Translations under genes and position numbers: made by a program
NCBI GenBank assembly: GCA_050257635.1
Contig: JBLMXG010000023.1
Span: 82,983-146,982, forward strand
From: Chloroflexota bacterium
Lineage (GTDB): Bacteria > Desulfobacterota > Binatia > UBA9968
Direction: 5' to 3'
DNA length: 64,000 nucleotides
Shown: one piece after another, positions 42,461-51,966 of the stretch
How the letters are laid out: every line of letters begins with the position of its first letter
Position numbering within the stretch: position 1 is the first letter of the stretch
Notes under the pieces: model-generated
Databases searched by the model: none
Told to the model about the DNA's origin: nothing
The model's input: the letters and a program-made list of their open reading frames with translations, nothing else

Positions 42461-43534
42461 TTGGCACACGTGGAGCTAAGAAAACTCCGTAAAATGTACG
42501 GCAAGACCGTAGCTGTCGACGGCGTGGATCTCGACATCGGCAAGGGCGAATTCATGACCCTTCTCGGGCCCAGCGGCTGCGGAAAAACAACCACATTGAG
42601 AATGATCGCGGGCTTGGTGGAACCGACGGACGGGGAGATCAGAGTCGCCGGCAAGTTGTTATCCTCTCCCGGCACGAAAGTGGTTCCTCCCGAAAAGCGC
42701 AACATGGGGATGGTCTTTCAAAGCTACGCGGTATGGCCCCATATGAAGGTCTTTGAGAACGTCGCGTTTCCATTGCATAACTTAAAAAAACCCAAGGAAG
42801 AAATCCGCAAACGGGTGCGCGCCGCATTGGAAATGGTCAAGTTAGATGGGTTTGAGGACCGGTATCCGTCGAATCTGAGCGGCGGTCAGCAACAGCGAGT
42901 CGCGTTGGCTCGCGCTATGGCGGTCGAGCCCGACATCTTGCTGTTCGACGAGCCGCTCAGCAATCTAGACGCTAAGCTCAGAGAGGAGATGAGATTCGAG
43001 CTCAAAGAGATTCAACGAAGAATCGGCGTCACATCGATTTACGTGACGCACGATCAGGCGGAAGCCATGGCCATTTCCGACCGGATTGCGGTCATGTCCC
43101 ACGGAAAAATTAAGCAGATCGGAAACCCTTGCGAAATCTACGACAGCCCGCAAGACTCTTTCACCGCCGAATTCATAGGACTAGCAAACTTCTTCTCCGG
43201 TAAAGCCACCGGAGAGAAAACCGTTTGTTTAGCCGGCCACCAGGAACTGGTTATCGACGGATGCAGGACGCTCAACGTCGGCGCGGACGTGCTCCTTTCT
43301 ATAAGGCCGCATAATATCAGAATGTACAAAGAAGGAAGTAAAACGAGAAACGAGCTTCAGGGGATCGTGGAGAAAGGGGCGTATCTCGGCGACAAAGTGG
43401 ATTATCGAGTGCGCGTCGGCGAGAGTATTCTCAGAGTTCAAACTCCGCCAGGAGAAGTTTTTACCGACGGGACCGAAGTGTCCTTACATTTGCCCGCGGA
43501 GAAAATCAGCGTGATTTCAGTGAACCTCGGATGA
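42461..43534 (+). CDS. ABC transporter ATP-binding protein with C-terminal TOBE-like domain
   Basis: Walker A GPSGCGKTT, signature LSGGQQQRVALARA, Walker B LLFDEPLS, and H-loop YVTHDQ. Confidence 0.93.
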   Translation: MAHVELRKLRKMYGKTVAVDGVDLDIGKGEFMTLLGPSGCGKTTTLRMIAGLVEPTDGEIRVAGKLLSSPGTKVVPPEKRNMGMVFQSYAVWPHMKVFENVAFPLHNLKKPKEEIRKRVRAALEMVKLDGFEDRYPSNLSGGQQQRVALARAMAVEPDILLFDEPLSNLDAKLREEMRFELKEIQRRIGVTSIYVTHDQAEAMAISDRIAVMSHGKIKQIGNPCEIYDSPQDSFTAEFIGLANFFSGKATGEKTVCLAGHQELVIDGCRTLNVGADVLLSIRPHNIRMYKEGSKTRNELQGIVEKGAYLGDKVDYRVRVGESILRVQTPPGEVFTDGTEVSLHLPAEKISVISVNLG

Positions 43535-43559
43535 GATTCAAGTTTCAACCTGGCGTGAT

Positions 43560-45317
43560 ATGGTTCTCGAGGGGGTCGGGGTTAAACCATTGATCGCGGG
43601 TCATTCTAAAACGCAAACGATCGAAACCGATGTCCTCGTCATCGGCGGCGGTGTGGCCGGATGCCTGGCTGCCCTCGGGGCTCGGGAGATGAATGCCCGG
43701 GTCGCAGTGGTGGATAAAGGCGGGCTGCTGGAACGCTGCGGCAGCATTGCGGCAGGCGTCGACCAGATCTTGGCGGTTGCCGAGGATGGACCGGAGTGGG
43801 ACACGCCGGAATATCTCCTGCACCACATCCCGAAATTGACGGACTCCATTGTCGATATCAAGCCGGTAGAGACCTTTGTGCGCGGCCTTCCCGCCATGCT
43901 CAGAAAATTGGAAAAGATGGGAGTGCCTTTCAGGGACCCTTCAACCGGCAAATACTTTCGTCATCGAACTTTTGGCTTGCCCGGTGAATATCATATCGAC
44001 TTCGACGGCAGCAAATTCAAGCCGAAAATTTCCCGGGCGGTGCTCGATTCTGGTGCGCAGATTTTCCTGCGCACGATGGCGGCAAATTTTTTGACGCGCA
44101 AGGATCAGACGGTCGGCGCGTCGGTATTTAACATCCGGACCGGTGAGTTTTATTTTTTTCGCGCCAAGGCAATCGTTCTCGCCACCGGCGATACCAACCG
44201 GCTCTCGCGCAATTCCTCGGGCCTTGCGTTCGATAGCTGGCATTGCCCTTACAACACCGGCGACGCTCAGGCCATGGCGGCTCGCCATGGCGCTTTGCTG
44301 GCCAATATGGAATTTACTGAGAACACGATCACGCCCAAGGGGATTTCTTCCCAAGGAACAAACTCGCTCACCGGACTTGGCGCTTATTTCATCAACGCCA
44401 AGGGAGAACGCTTCATGCTCAAATATGACCCGGCGGGCGAACGGGCCAGGCGGGATATCCTCACGAGCGCCATTGTCAGCGAAACGCTCGCCGGCAACGC
44501 TCCAATTTATTGCGACTGCCGTCATCTCCCTGCAGATATGCTGGAACGGCTCGAAGAAACGCTCGGGGTCGATCGCCCGTCTCTGCCGCGCTGGTTCAAG
44601 GAAAAAGGCATCGATCTTAAAAAAGACCCCTTCGAAGTCACCGTCTCGGAATTCTCCTCGCGCCGCGGCGGCGTCTACTTTCGCGGCAGCGGCATTTTAA
44701 TCGATGCCAAGACCGCGACCCAGATCGCCGGGCTGTTCGCCGCCGGGGATTGCTGCACAGTGAGCGGCGGTATCTCGGGCGCCGCGGTCATGGGCTACGA
44801 GGCTGGCAAACAGGCGGGTCTATTCGCTTGTCATCATGGCGTCGAAGAAAGTCTGCAAGAGCAGGAACTCGAAGCCGAGCATGAGCGTCTGCTCTATCCT
44901 TGCCGCAACGCCAGCGGCATTTCGCCGCGAGACTACGAAGATAAGGTGCGCCAGGTCGTGACCGACTATATTGGTTATCAGAGAACGGAGGAAAAGCTGC
45001 GCACGGCCATTGAGAAACTGCGGGGATTGGCCGCGGAAGAGCCGCTCCTCCGCGCTCGAGATTTTCACGAGCTCATGCGGGCCCATGAGGCGCTCAATAT
45101 TCGCGAGGTCGCTGAAATGGTGGCCACGGCCGCCTTGGAGCGGCGCGAAAGCCGCGGCAGCTACTCGCATTTCCGCGCCGATTTTCCGAACCGCGACGAT
45201 GCCCATTGGCGCAAAATGATCGTGCTCAAAAGACGAAACGGGGGTTACGAAATAGATTACCGACCGGTCGGGCCGAGCGATCCGACCACGGAGAAAACGA
45301 ATGCCCATTCTAATTGA
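43560..45317 (+). CDS. FAD-binding oxidoreductase, succinate dehydrogenase/fumarate reductase/AprA-like flavoprotein
   Basis: Dinucleotide fold DVLVIGGGVAGCLAA, AAGDC, and the C-terminal RRESRGSYSHFRADFP motif typical of this flavoprotein family. Confidence 0.85.
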   Translation: MVLEGVGVKPLIAGHSKTQTIETDVLVIGGGVAGCLAALGAREMNARVAVVDKGGLLERCGSIAAGVDQILAVAEDGPEWDTPEYLLHHIPKLTDSIVDIKPVETFVRGLPAMLRKLEKMGVPFRDPSTGKYFRHRTFGLPGEYHIDFDGSKFKPKISRAVLDSGAQIFLRTMAANFLTRKDQTVGASVFNIRTGEFYFFRAKAIVLATGDTNRLSRNSSGLAFDSWHCPYNTGDAQAMAARHGALLANMEFTENTITPKGISSQGTNSLTGLGAYFINAKGERFMLKYDPAGERARRDILTSAIVSETLAGNAPIYCDCRHLPADMLERLEETLGVDRPSLPRWFKEKGIDLKKDPFEVTVSEFSSRRGGVYFRGSGILIDAKTATQIAGLFAAGDCCTVSGGISGAAVMGYEAGKQAGLFACHHGVEESLQEQELEAEHERLLYPCRNASGISPRDYEDKVRQVVTDYIGYQRTEEKLRTAIEKLRGLAAEEPLLRARDFHELMRAHEALNIREVAEMVATAALERRESRGSYSHFRADFPNRDDAHWRKMIVLKRRNGGYEIDYRPVGPSDPTTEKTNAHSN

Positions 45318-45621
45318 CGCGGATCTTTGCGTGAAAGGATGCACGCTCTGCGACCAATTTTGTCCGGGAGACATCATCTACCGCTTGGACCCGCAGAAAA
45401 CACCGGTAATAAAATACGAAGACGAATGCTGGTATTGCGGCAGCTGCGAAGAATATTGTCCAACCCATGCGGTGAAGATTGTATTCCCTCGGGAAATGCT
45501 TCATTCCAAAACCCAAGCGGAGAGCTTATTCGGCAAGGCCAGCGCGGAGGGGCAAAATATCGTTGAGACGCCGCGGCAGTCGCGAACGGAACCGGAAAAT
45601 CCGGCTAGCCCTAAAACGTAA
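45301..45621 (+). CDS. 4Fe-4S dicluster ferredoxin (AprB-like N-terminal domain)
   Basis: CVKGCTLCDQFCP and CWYCGSCEEYCP motifs. The start overlaps the flavoprotein's 3' end by 17 nt, suggesting translational coupling. Confidence 0.8.
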   Translation: MPILIDADLCVKGCTLCDQFCPGDIIYRLDPQKTPVIKYEDECWYCGSCEEYCPTHAVKIVFPREMLHSKTQAESLFGKASAEGQNIVETPRQSRTEPENPASPKT

Positions 45622-45653
45622 TCCGATCTCGTAATCCAGAGGAGCCCAAGACC

Positions 45654-46412
45654 ATGCGAGAGTCTCTGCTCAAGATGACCCAGCCTGAGGCTGAAGCGAT
45701 TTTAAAGCGCAGCGGTCTCGCCATTCTTCCGATGGGGAGCGTGGAGCAACATGGCCCTCACCTTCCTTGCGGCACGGACTATCTGGCTTCGCTGGTTATC
45801 GGCCAGCAGGTTGCCGAGAGGGTCGATGGTCTCCTGGTCCCGTTCTGTCCCATAGGAGTCACCCCTTTCCACATGTCCTTTGCCGGGACGTTGACGCTCC
45901 AGCCCCAAACTTTTATTGCCGTGGTCGAAGATATCTGCGCGAGCCTGGCCCAGCACGGCGCCAAGCGGGTAGTGTTCCTCAACTGGCATGAAGGCAACAC
46001 CGCCTCGATGAATCTCGCCGGCGTGTCTGTCCAGCAGCGCTATGGACTGCGCGTGCTCGTGGTGCAGGCATGCTATATCGCTTTTGAGCTTTTCGGCAAA
46101 GAGTGCGGCCTCACCCACGGCGGGGAACTCGAAGTCTTGCCCGTGCTCGCTTATGACCCGTCTTTGGTTCACCTGGAACGCGCGACCAATCCGTCTTCGC
46201 CCGAGCAGGCGCAAAAGATCGATGCGCTCAGGCGCGGCAGGGCCGGCTATCCCTTTTTGAGAGATATTCGAGAGATCGCCCCTACCGGCTGGTATGGCCA
46301 GCCGCAAAACGCGACTCCCGAGCGCGCCCAAAAATTCTTAGACGGCGTCGCTAATGCCGCTGCAGAATACATCGAAAAAACTTTCAAGGAGTTGAAGGAA
46401 TATGGCCAATGA
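45654..46412 (+). CDS. creatininase family amidohydrolase
   Basis: LPMGSVEQHGPHLPCGTD is the creatininase/MftE/ArfB family metal-binding motif, followed by HGGELE. 252 aa. Confidence 0.85.
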   Translation: MRESLLKMTQPEAEAILKRSGLAILPMGSVEQHGPHLPCGTDYLASLVIGQQVAERVDGLLVPFCPIGVTPFHMSFAGTLTLQPQTFIAVVEDICASLAQHGAKRVVFLNWHEGNTASMNLAGVSVQQRYGLRVLVVQACYIAFELFGKECGLTHGGELEVLPVLAYDPSLVHLERATNPSSPEQAQKIDALRRGRAGYPFLRDIREIAPTGWYGQPQNATPERAQKFLDGVANAAAEYIEKTFKELKEYGQ

Positions 46413-47439
46413 ACCCGTGCGAGTGGCAGCTGTCGGTTTAGGGCGTTGGGCGAAGGTGCTTGCCGATGCGATGCGCAAGAGCGAGCGGCTTCGTCTTGTC
46501 AACTGCTTCAGTCGCTCGGAGAAGAGCCGTGAAGCATTCGCGCAACAGTACGGTTGCCGCAGCGCTAAAAGCTATGAGGAGCTGCTGGACGATCCCGCGG
46601 TCGAAGGGCTGATTATCACTACGCCCAATGACGTGCATCGGGAACCTATCGTCGAAGCTGCGGAAAAAGGAAAGGATGTGTACGTGGATAAGCCCCTCGC
46701 CCACCGTCTGGCGGACGCCGTCGCCATCGAGCGCGCCTGCCGGGAAGCGGGAGTCATCCTCTCAGTGGGCCACAGCGCGCGCCGGCTCCAGGGCAGCCGC
46801 AAAATCAAGGAGCTTATCGATCAGGGAGGTATCGGCAAGCTCGTCATGGCCGAGTGCAATTTTTCCAATGATCGAAGTCTGGAGCTAACTCCGGAAAAAT
46901 GGCGCTGGTATCGGGACAAGAACCCAGGAGGACCGCTGATCCAGCTGGCGGTACACCATACCGACACACTCAATTACCTCTTTGGTCCGGCCAAAAACGT
47001 CACCTGCATGGCGAAGAAGCTCTACAGCCCGGCGGAAACCGAAGATGTAACGATGACGGTTATCGAGATGGAAAGCGGGCAGCTCTGCTACATCGGTTCG
47101 AACTGGGCTTCTCAGGGAACCTATTTTACTTACGTTTATGGCATGGATGCCAATCTCTACTTTACGGTCGATTTCAATTTTTGGAGCCGCTCCGACGTAG
47201 TCGACCAGCATAGCCAGCTCGAGATTCAACATCGCGGCTCTTCCGAGCATAAACCCATTCCTTTGGGGCAGGGCGACATGTTTCGCGAGCAATTGGAGGA
47301 GTTTGGCGAATGTATCCGCAGCCGAAAACAACCGGAGGTCGGGGGCAAGGAAGGCATAGCGGCCTTGGCGGTGATCGATGCGGCGCTCCGCTCGGCCGAA
47401 AGCGGCCGCACCGTGGCGATCAAGGAAGTGCTGGAGTAA
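46402..47439 (+). CDS. Gfo/Idh/MocA family oxidoreductase
   Basis: VRVAAVGLGRWA Rossmann N-terminus, the EKPLA-like motif (YVDKPLA), and a C-terminal alpha/beta domain. Overlaps the previous gene by 11 nt. Confidence 0.88.
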   Translation: MANEPVRVAAVGLGRWAKVLADAMRKSERLRLVNCFSRSEKSREAFAQQYGCRSAKSYEELLDDPAVEGLIITTPNDVHREPIVEAAEKGKDVYVDKPLAHRLADAVAIERACREAGVILSVGHSARRLQGSRKIKELIDQGGIGKLVMAECNFSNDRSLELTPEKWRWYRDKNPGGPLIQLAVHHTDTLNYLFGPAKNVTCMAKKLYSPAETEDVTMTVIEMESGQLCYIGSNWASQGTYFTYVYGMDANLYFTVDFNFWSRSDVVDQHSQLEIQHRGSSEHKPIPLGQGDMFREQLEEFGECIRSRKQPEVGGKEGIAALAVIDAALRSAESGRTVAIKEVLE

Positions 47440-47442
47440 CTC

Positions 47443-47835
47443 ATGGCAATCCGTAAAATTAACCGTAACGACATCGCGCCCAAAAAACTTCCGAGCCGTT
47501 ATTTTCGCGAATTGGTATCCCATCGAGTTTTAAAATCGAAACGCATAGCGCTCCGCTTCGTCGAGCTGTTGCCGGTGCGGCAGGCGGGTCCGCGCCATCC
47601 GCACAGTCACAGAGGCATGGAAGAGGTCATCTTCGTACAAAAAGGCAGCGGCAAGGCTTGGGTGAATGGTCAAATCGAGAAACTGGTTGCCGGCGATACG
47701 CTTCTTATCCCAGCGGGCGCGCGCCATATGATGATCAATACCGGTCGCAAACCGATGACTCTAATCTGCGCGTTTTCCGCCGCCGATCCTGAAAAGCGGT
47801 ACAAAGAGCACCCTGAAATCAGTTATTCCGGATAG
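47443..47835 (+). CDS. cupin domain-containing protein
   Basis: 130 aa. HPHSHRGMEEVIFVQKGSG...IPAGARHMMINTG matches the two cupin motifs. Confidence 0.8.
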   Translation: MAIRKINRNDIAPKKLPSRYFRELVSHRVLKSKRIALRFVELLPVRQAGPRHPHSHRGMEEVIFVQKGSGKAWVNGQIEKLVAGDTLLIPAGARHMMINTGRKPMTLICAFSAADPEKRYKEHPEISYSG

Positions 47836-48098
47836 CGGTTCGAACACGGCAATCGCCAACGCCCTTTGTTTGGACTTGAAGAGAAGCGGAATAACGTTGG
47901 CAGCGCTGTGGGATCGACAAACCCAAGGCTTGCTAACGCAGTGTGATTTCGTTCTCGTTACCATGTCGAGCCAGTCATGTGGCGTAGAACTCGCGCACTG
48001 CATCTCACCAAAACGGATGAAGTCAACGAAACCGCGCCATCGGTCGCAGGGAAAATTGCAAAAATTCGATGGTGAAATCGGAACGCGACACACCCGCA

Positions 48099-48134
48099 CC
48101 TACATATTTCCACCCGTGGAATTCTAGATGTAGG
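48099..48134. repeat. nested inverted repeat upstream of tRNA-Leu
   Basis: Outer arms CCTACAT/ATGTAGG enclose an inner 6-2-6 palindrome, TTCCAC-cc-GTGGAA. Confidence 0.6.
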
Positions 48135-48334
48135 GTGAATACATGCCGCGTGACACGCTGGCCGATGATGAGGTAGCCGTGATGACAGTTGCAGAACAAA
48201 TATCCAATTCCTAAGAAGCTAGCCCCCACGAACCTTCACACGAACTTGTGAAAAGCACCGTCAAATTGGCTGCGGACGAGTAACAGTAAACGCGGTTGAA
48301 AATCAGAGCGCTGCAAGCTAATGAATTTACTTGC

Positions 48335-48423
48335 GCCCGGATGGTGGAATAGGTAGACACAAGGGACTTAAAATCCCTCGGACCGAAAGGTCTGTGCCGG
48401 TTCGAGTCCGGCTCCGGGCACCA
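48335..48423 (+). tRNA. tRNA-Leu (anticodon UAA), class II with long variable arm, CCA encoded
   Basis: Hand-folded cloverleaf. Acceptor GCCCGGA/TCCGGGC. Anticodon stem AGGGA/TCCCT with loop CTTAAAA. Variable arm CGGACCGAAAGGTCTG. T-arm TGCCGGTTCGAGTCCGGC. Discriminator A followed by CCA. Confidence 0.93.
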
Positions 48424-48772
48424 TGGTTGTTTAAACTTGCCTGCTGTTCCTGCAAGGGTTTTTAATCTTATAACTGGCAATCGCGGTTGTCAGTGTATGC
48501 CGACGGTCGACCACAGTCGTGAGTTGTATAGTATCGAGTCGTTCGCAACAGAAGCGTTATTTTTAACCGCACCGATATCGTCTTCGCAAATGTGACCCGT
48601 TGAGAGTGCGTACTCCGACGTGGGCTGGGACGAGGCAGGGCTGAACTCGCCTGACTATTGACCGTAACTTTCATCACGGCTATCAGAAGACCTGTGGGTC
48701 TGTCGTTGGGCAGAGCGCGAGGGTTTCTGCGGGGTTTTGCGGTCAGCCGACTCAATTGAAAGGTGATATCCA

Positions 48773-49885
48773 ATGAAAATATTCAGTCTGGCAAATTTGC
48801 TTTCGGTGTCGCTGTTGAATATCGCTCTTGCCGGTTCGGTTTACGGCGATTGGAAGCAGGATTGGGACAAGACGGTGGCCGCGGCCGAAAAAGAAGGCGA
48901 AGTGACTATCTATGGCCAGTCCCGTGCCGGGGTCGGCAAGGCGATCATGGCGTTCAAAGACGCTTATCCGAAAATAAAAATTAATTTCGTTGGCGGCTCG
49001 GGGAGCGATCTGGCGAAAAAAATTATGGCCGAACACCGCGCCGACAAGCATCTTGTCGACCTGAGCGTCGGCGGCGGCGGAACCATGGTCTTGGTTTATC
49101 ATAAGGCCGGTCTATTGCAGCCGATTCCGCCTCAGTTGATTCTTCCGGAAGTTGTCGATCAGACGAAATGGTGGTCAAAAAAACATCTCTATGCCGATCC
49201 CGACGGGCAATATGTTTTTATGGCCCAGGGGGACGCGGGCTCCGGGATGGGCGCGATTAATACCAACTTCATTAAAGCCGGCGAAATCGATTCTTGGTGG
49301 GATCTGCTCGCGCCCAAATATCACGGCAAATTAGTTATGACCGATCCCGACTCCGCCGGCAATATCGGCAATTGGCGATTTATTTATTACAGTCCCGATC
49401 TAGGTCCGAAGTTCATCACGCGGCTACTCACAGAAACGCAAGTTGCGTTCGCCGCCAACGAGCACCAAATGATGGACTGGGTAGGCTCAGGCAAATATAT
49501 CATGCATGTGCTGGCAAAGCTTGAGAACACCGAAAACGCGCGCAAACAAGGGTTGCCGGTCAGGCAAATTTTCAGCGAGAAAGAGGGCGATACGATCAGC
49601 ACCGGCTCGGGACATATTGCCTCGTTTAAAAACGCGCCCCATCCCAACGCGACCAAGGTTTACATCAACTGGTTCCTGTCGCGCGACGGCCAGCTCACCT
49701 GGCAGAAACTCACCGGGCGTAATTCCTTTCGCACTGACATTCCCAAGGATATGATTCGCTACAAGGAAGAGCAGGTGCCCAAGGAAGGGGGAAAGTATCT
49801 CCTGTCCAGCTTGCCGCAATACGAAGACGTGAAACCGCTGCGGAAACTGGTCGACGAAGTTCTGGCCAAGGTCAAGGGGAAGTAG
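48773..49885 (+). CDS. extracellular solute-binding protein, family 1 (orphan; no adjacent permease or ATPase)
   Basis: Signal peptide MKIFSLANLLSVSLLNIALAGSVYG, a VTIYGQS... periplasmic binding fold, and overall similarity in layout to the SBP at 39521. Confidence 0.82.
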   Translation: MKIFSLANLLSVSLLNIALAGSVYGDWKQDWDKTVAAAEKEGEVTIYGQSRAGVGKAIMAFKDAYPKIKINFVGGSGSDLAKKIMAEHRADKHLVDLSVGGGGTMVLVYHKAGLLQPIPPQLILPEVVDQTKWWSKKHLYADPDGQYVFMAQGDAGSGMGAINTNFIKAGEIDSWWDLLAPKYHGKLVMTDPDSAGNIGNWRFIYYSPDLGPKFITRLLTETQVAFAANEHQMMDWVGSGKYIMHVLAKLENTENARKQGLPVRQIFSEKEGDTISTGSGHIASFKNAPHPNATKVYINWFLSRDGQLTWQKLTGRNSFRTDIPKDMIRYKEEQVPKEGGKYLLSSLPQYEDVKPLRKLVDEVLAKVKGK

Positions 49886-49940
49886 CGCGAGGCCTTTCCG
49901 CTTCGATGCCGATCAGTCGCCTTGCGGCCTGCGCTTGGGT

Positions 49941-51014
49941 TCAGAGCAACCGACCGCCGGGTATGTGCGGGAACGCGCTCATCTCGTGGGTCGGAGATAG
50001 CGGTTGAACACTGCAGAGATAAGCCGGCGTCAGTTGGTCGAGGCGCGTGATGCCGATCAATCCCATGGCGGTGACAATTTCGCTTTCAACTATTTCCAGC
50101 ACCCGCACCAGGCCGGCTTGGCCGGCGGCAGCGAGTCCCCAGCCTTGCAGCTTGCCGATCGTCACGGCGCGGGCGCCGAGGGCAACGGCTTTGAGCACAT
50201 CGGTGCCGCGCACAATGCCGCCGTCGAGCACGATCTCCGCTTTGCCGCCGACGGCGGCGACAATCTCCGGGAGCATCTCGATCGTCGCCCGCCCATGATC
50301 GAGCTGGCGTCCGCCATGGTTGGAGACATAAACTGCGGCAACGCCGTGCTTGACGGCGACGGCCGCGTCTTCGGCAGTTGCTACGCCTTTCAAGATAAAC
50401 GGCAGGCCGGCCATTTCTCTAATCGCGTCCATGGTCTCCCAGGTGAGCCCGGCACGATATTCGTAGCCGAAGCCGCGCCGGCTTGGCGGTAACCACCGAT
50501 CCATCATTTGCCGTTCGCGATGGCCGTAGTGCGCCGTGTCGACGGTCAAACAAAGGGCGGCGTAACCCGCTTCCTTGACCCGCGTCAAAATATTTTCGAC
50601 CCATTTCAACTCGCCCTGTACATAGAGCTGAAAAATTTTCGGGTTAGAGCTAGCGCCGGCGATCTCTTCGAGGCTGGGTTGCGTCACCGAGCTGACGAAG
50701 TTCACCGTGCCGTACTCTTCGGCGGCCTTGGCCACGGTAACCCCGCCTTCGGGAGTGATCGACTGTAAGGATCCGAGGGGTGCGAGCATGACGGGAATTT
50801 TGAGTTTATGGCCGAGAAAAGTTGCCGACGTATCAATTGCCGATACATCGACCAGCACGCGCGGCCTAAAGGCAAGGCTATCCAACCCGAATCGGTTGCG
50901 CCGCATGGTGGTTTCGGACTCTGCGCCGCCGGTCAAGTAGTGCCAGACGTTATCCGTCAGATTGCGCCGCGCCGCGACAATGATTTCTTGATTGGTAACA
51001 AAATCCAGACTCAT
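49941..51014 (-). CDS. FMN-dependent alpha-hydroxy acid dehydrogenase/oxidase (LldD/glycolate oxidase/mandelate dehydrogenase family)
   Basis: Family motifs PVMLAPLG, LTVDTAHYGHRERQ, SNHGGRQLD and DGGIVRGTDVLKA. GAGGGG RBS before ATG 51014; the ORF opens at 51029. Confidence 0.9.
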   Translation of the reverse strand: MSLDFVTNQEIIVAARRNLTDNVWHYLTGGAESETTMRRNRFGLDSLAFRPRVLVDVSAIDTSATFLGHKLKIPVMLAPLGSLQSITPEGGVTVAKAAEEYGTVNFVSSVTQPSLEEIAGASSNPKIFQLYVQGELKWVENILTRVKEAGYAALCLTVDTAHYGHRERQMMDRWLPPSRRGFGYEYRAGLTWETMDAIREMAGLPFILKGVATAEDAAVAVKHGVAAVYVSNHGGRQLDHGRATIEMLPEIVAAVGGKAEIVLDGGIVRGTDVLKAVALGARAVTIGKLQGWGLAAAGQAGLVRVLEIVESEIVTAMGLIGITRLDQLTPAYLCSVQPLSPTHEMSAFPHIPGGRLL

Positions 51015-51398
51015 ATTTTTACCCCTCAATCAGCGTATCGCGAACCGATGCGGAACGGGTTCGCGCCTTTCCGAGTTAGCGCAATCAAGATTTTTTGGCA
51101 ATCGGATTATGCTGGCGATGCCTTTGTTGTCGCATTTCTTGCCGGGGGTAAGCTCAGGGGTAAGTGGAGGTGAGGCGCGGCAGGCTCTAAAAGCCAATTT
51201 CGGTTGCGAAAGAATGAGCCGCAGCCGAGACGATCAAGCAGCGCTGCCTTATGCGCTTGGGTATCGGAGAAGTGTTGCCGCTGCCTCAGCCCGATGCTCG
51301 CTGCAGCGCGAAGAAATCTCTCTGCTTTGTCACAAAGTCGAGAGAATACGAAAACTCGCTGCGCGATTCAGTAGCATTGCAGCGAGGAATGCTCTCGT

Positions 51399-51701
51399 TT
51401 ACGCCGCGCGATTGGTCGCTTGGGCCCGTGCGGCAATCGAGTCGCGCATTCTTTGATTGGCTTCTCTCAGGACGCGCTGGCGCACGGCCGCCGGATCCAT
51501 CGACAAATGATGGCAAATCCAGATAAAACTGCCGATGGAATCGTCTTTCGAAACAAACCACAGCCGTGCCGGACGTGCGATGGGGTCATGACCGCCAAGA
51601 TCCGCAAGTGCTTGGAGCAGCACATGCGCCCACAATTTTCGTTCGGGATCGGTTAACTGTTCCGCTTCAATCATCGTCTCAACTCTCTTTCTATTTGTCA
51701 T
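51399..51701 (-). CDS. hypothetical protein (100 aa), possibly of mobile-element origin
   Basis: The only protein-like ORF in a 1.5-kb gene-poor stretch. The helical pattern LWAHVLLQALADL...ARLWFVS...FIWICHHLSMDPAAVRQRVL recalls small phage/plasmid proteins. No family assigned. Confidence 0.4.
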   Translation of the reverse strand: MTNRKRVETMIEAEQLTDPERKLWAHVLLQALADLGGHDPIARPARLWFVSKDDSIGSFIWICHHLSMDPAAVRQRVLREANQRMRDSIAARAQATNRAA

Positions 51702-51966
51702 CCCTGATCGGCATCGCCGATTAGAGAGCCGTCACGTTTTGCTCGAGGAAAATTTGTTGCCGTCCGCCGCTACCTGTAACCTCTTAAGCTTGCCGTTGTG
51801 GTCGACTCACCCGCGCGATATGAAACATCACGTCGCGTATTCTGCCGAGATCGCAGCGCAAACTTACTGCAGGGTTCGCGAGCATGGGTCGCGGCAAAGT
51901 CGGCGTAATAAGGTGTTAGCAAGTCCGGTGCCTAGAATTTTCAGATTTCATCGAAAGCGAATAAAT

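Noticed and set aside
43560-45621. A genuine dissimilatory APS reductase (aprBA)
   Set aside because: Both subunits are shorter than AprA/AprB. The gene order is flavoprotein first. No sat, qmo or dsr genes are present, and the context is an ABC importer/hydrolase cluster.
48211-48480. An 89-aa minus-strand ORF
   Set aside because: It runs antisense through the tRNA-Leu gene; the WCPEPDSNRH stretch is the usual antisense-tRNA translation artefact.
45654-51029. A possible mycofactocin system, because a creatininase-family protein (MftE-like) and an FMN-dependent 2-hydroxyacid dehydrogenase (MftD-like) lie within 5 kb
   Set aside because: There is no MftC-type radical SAM/SPASM gene, no MftB, no glycosyltransferase, and no small ORF ending in a GVY-type MftA tail. 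The two genes are on opposite strands and separated by a tRNA.
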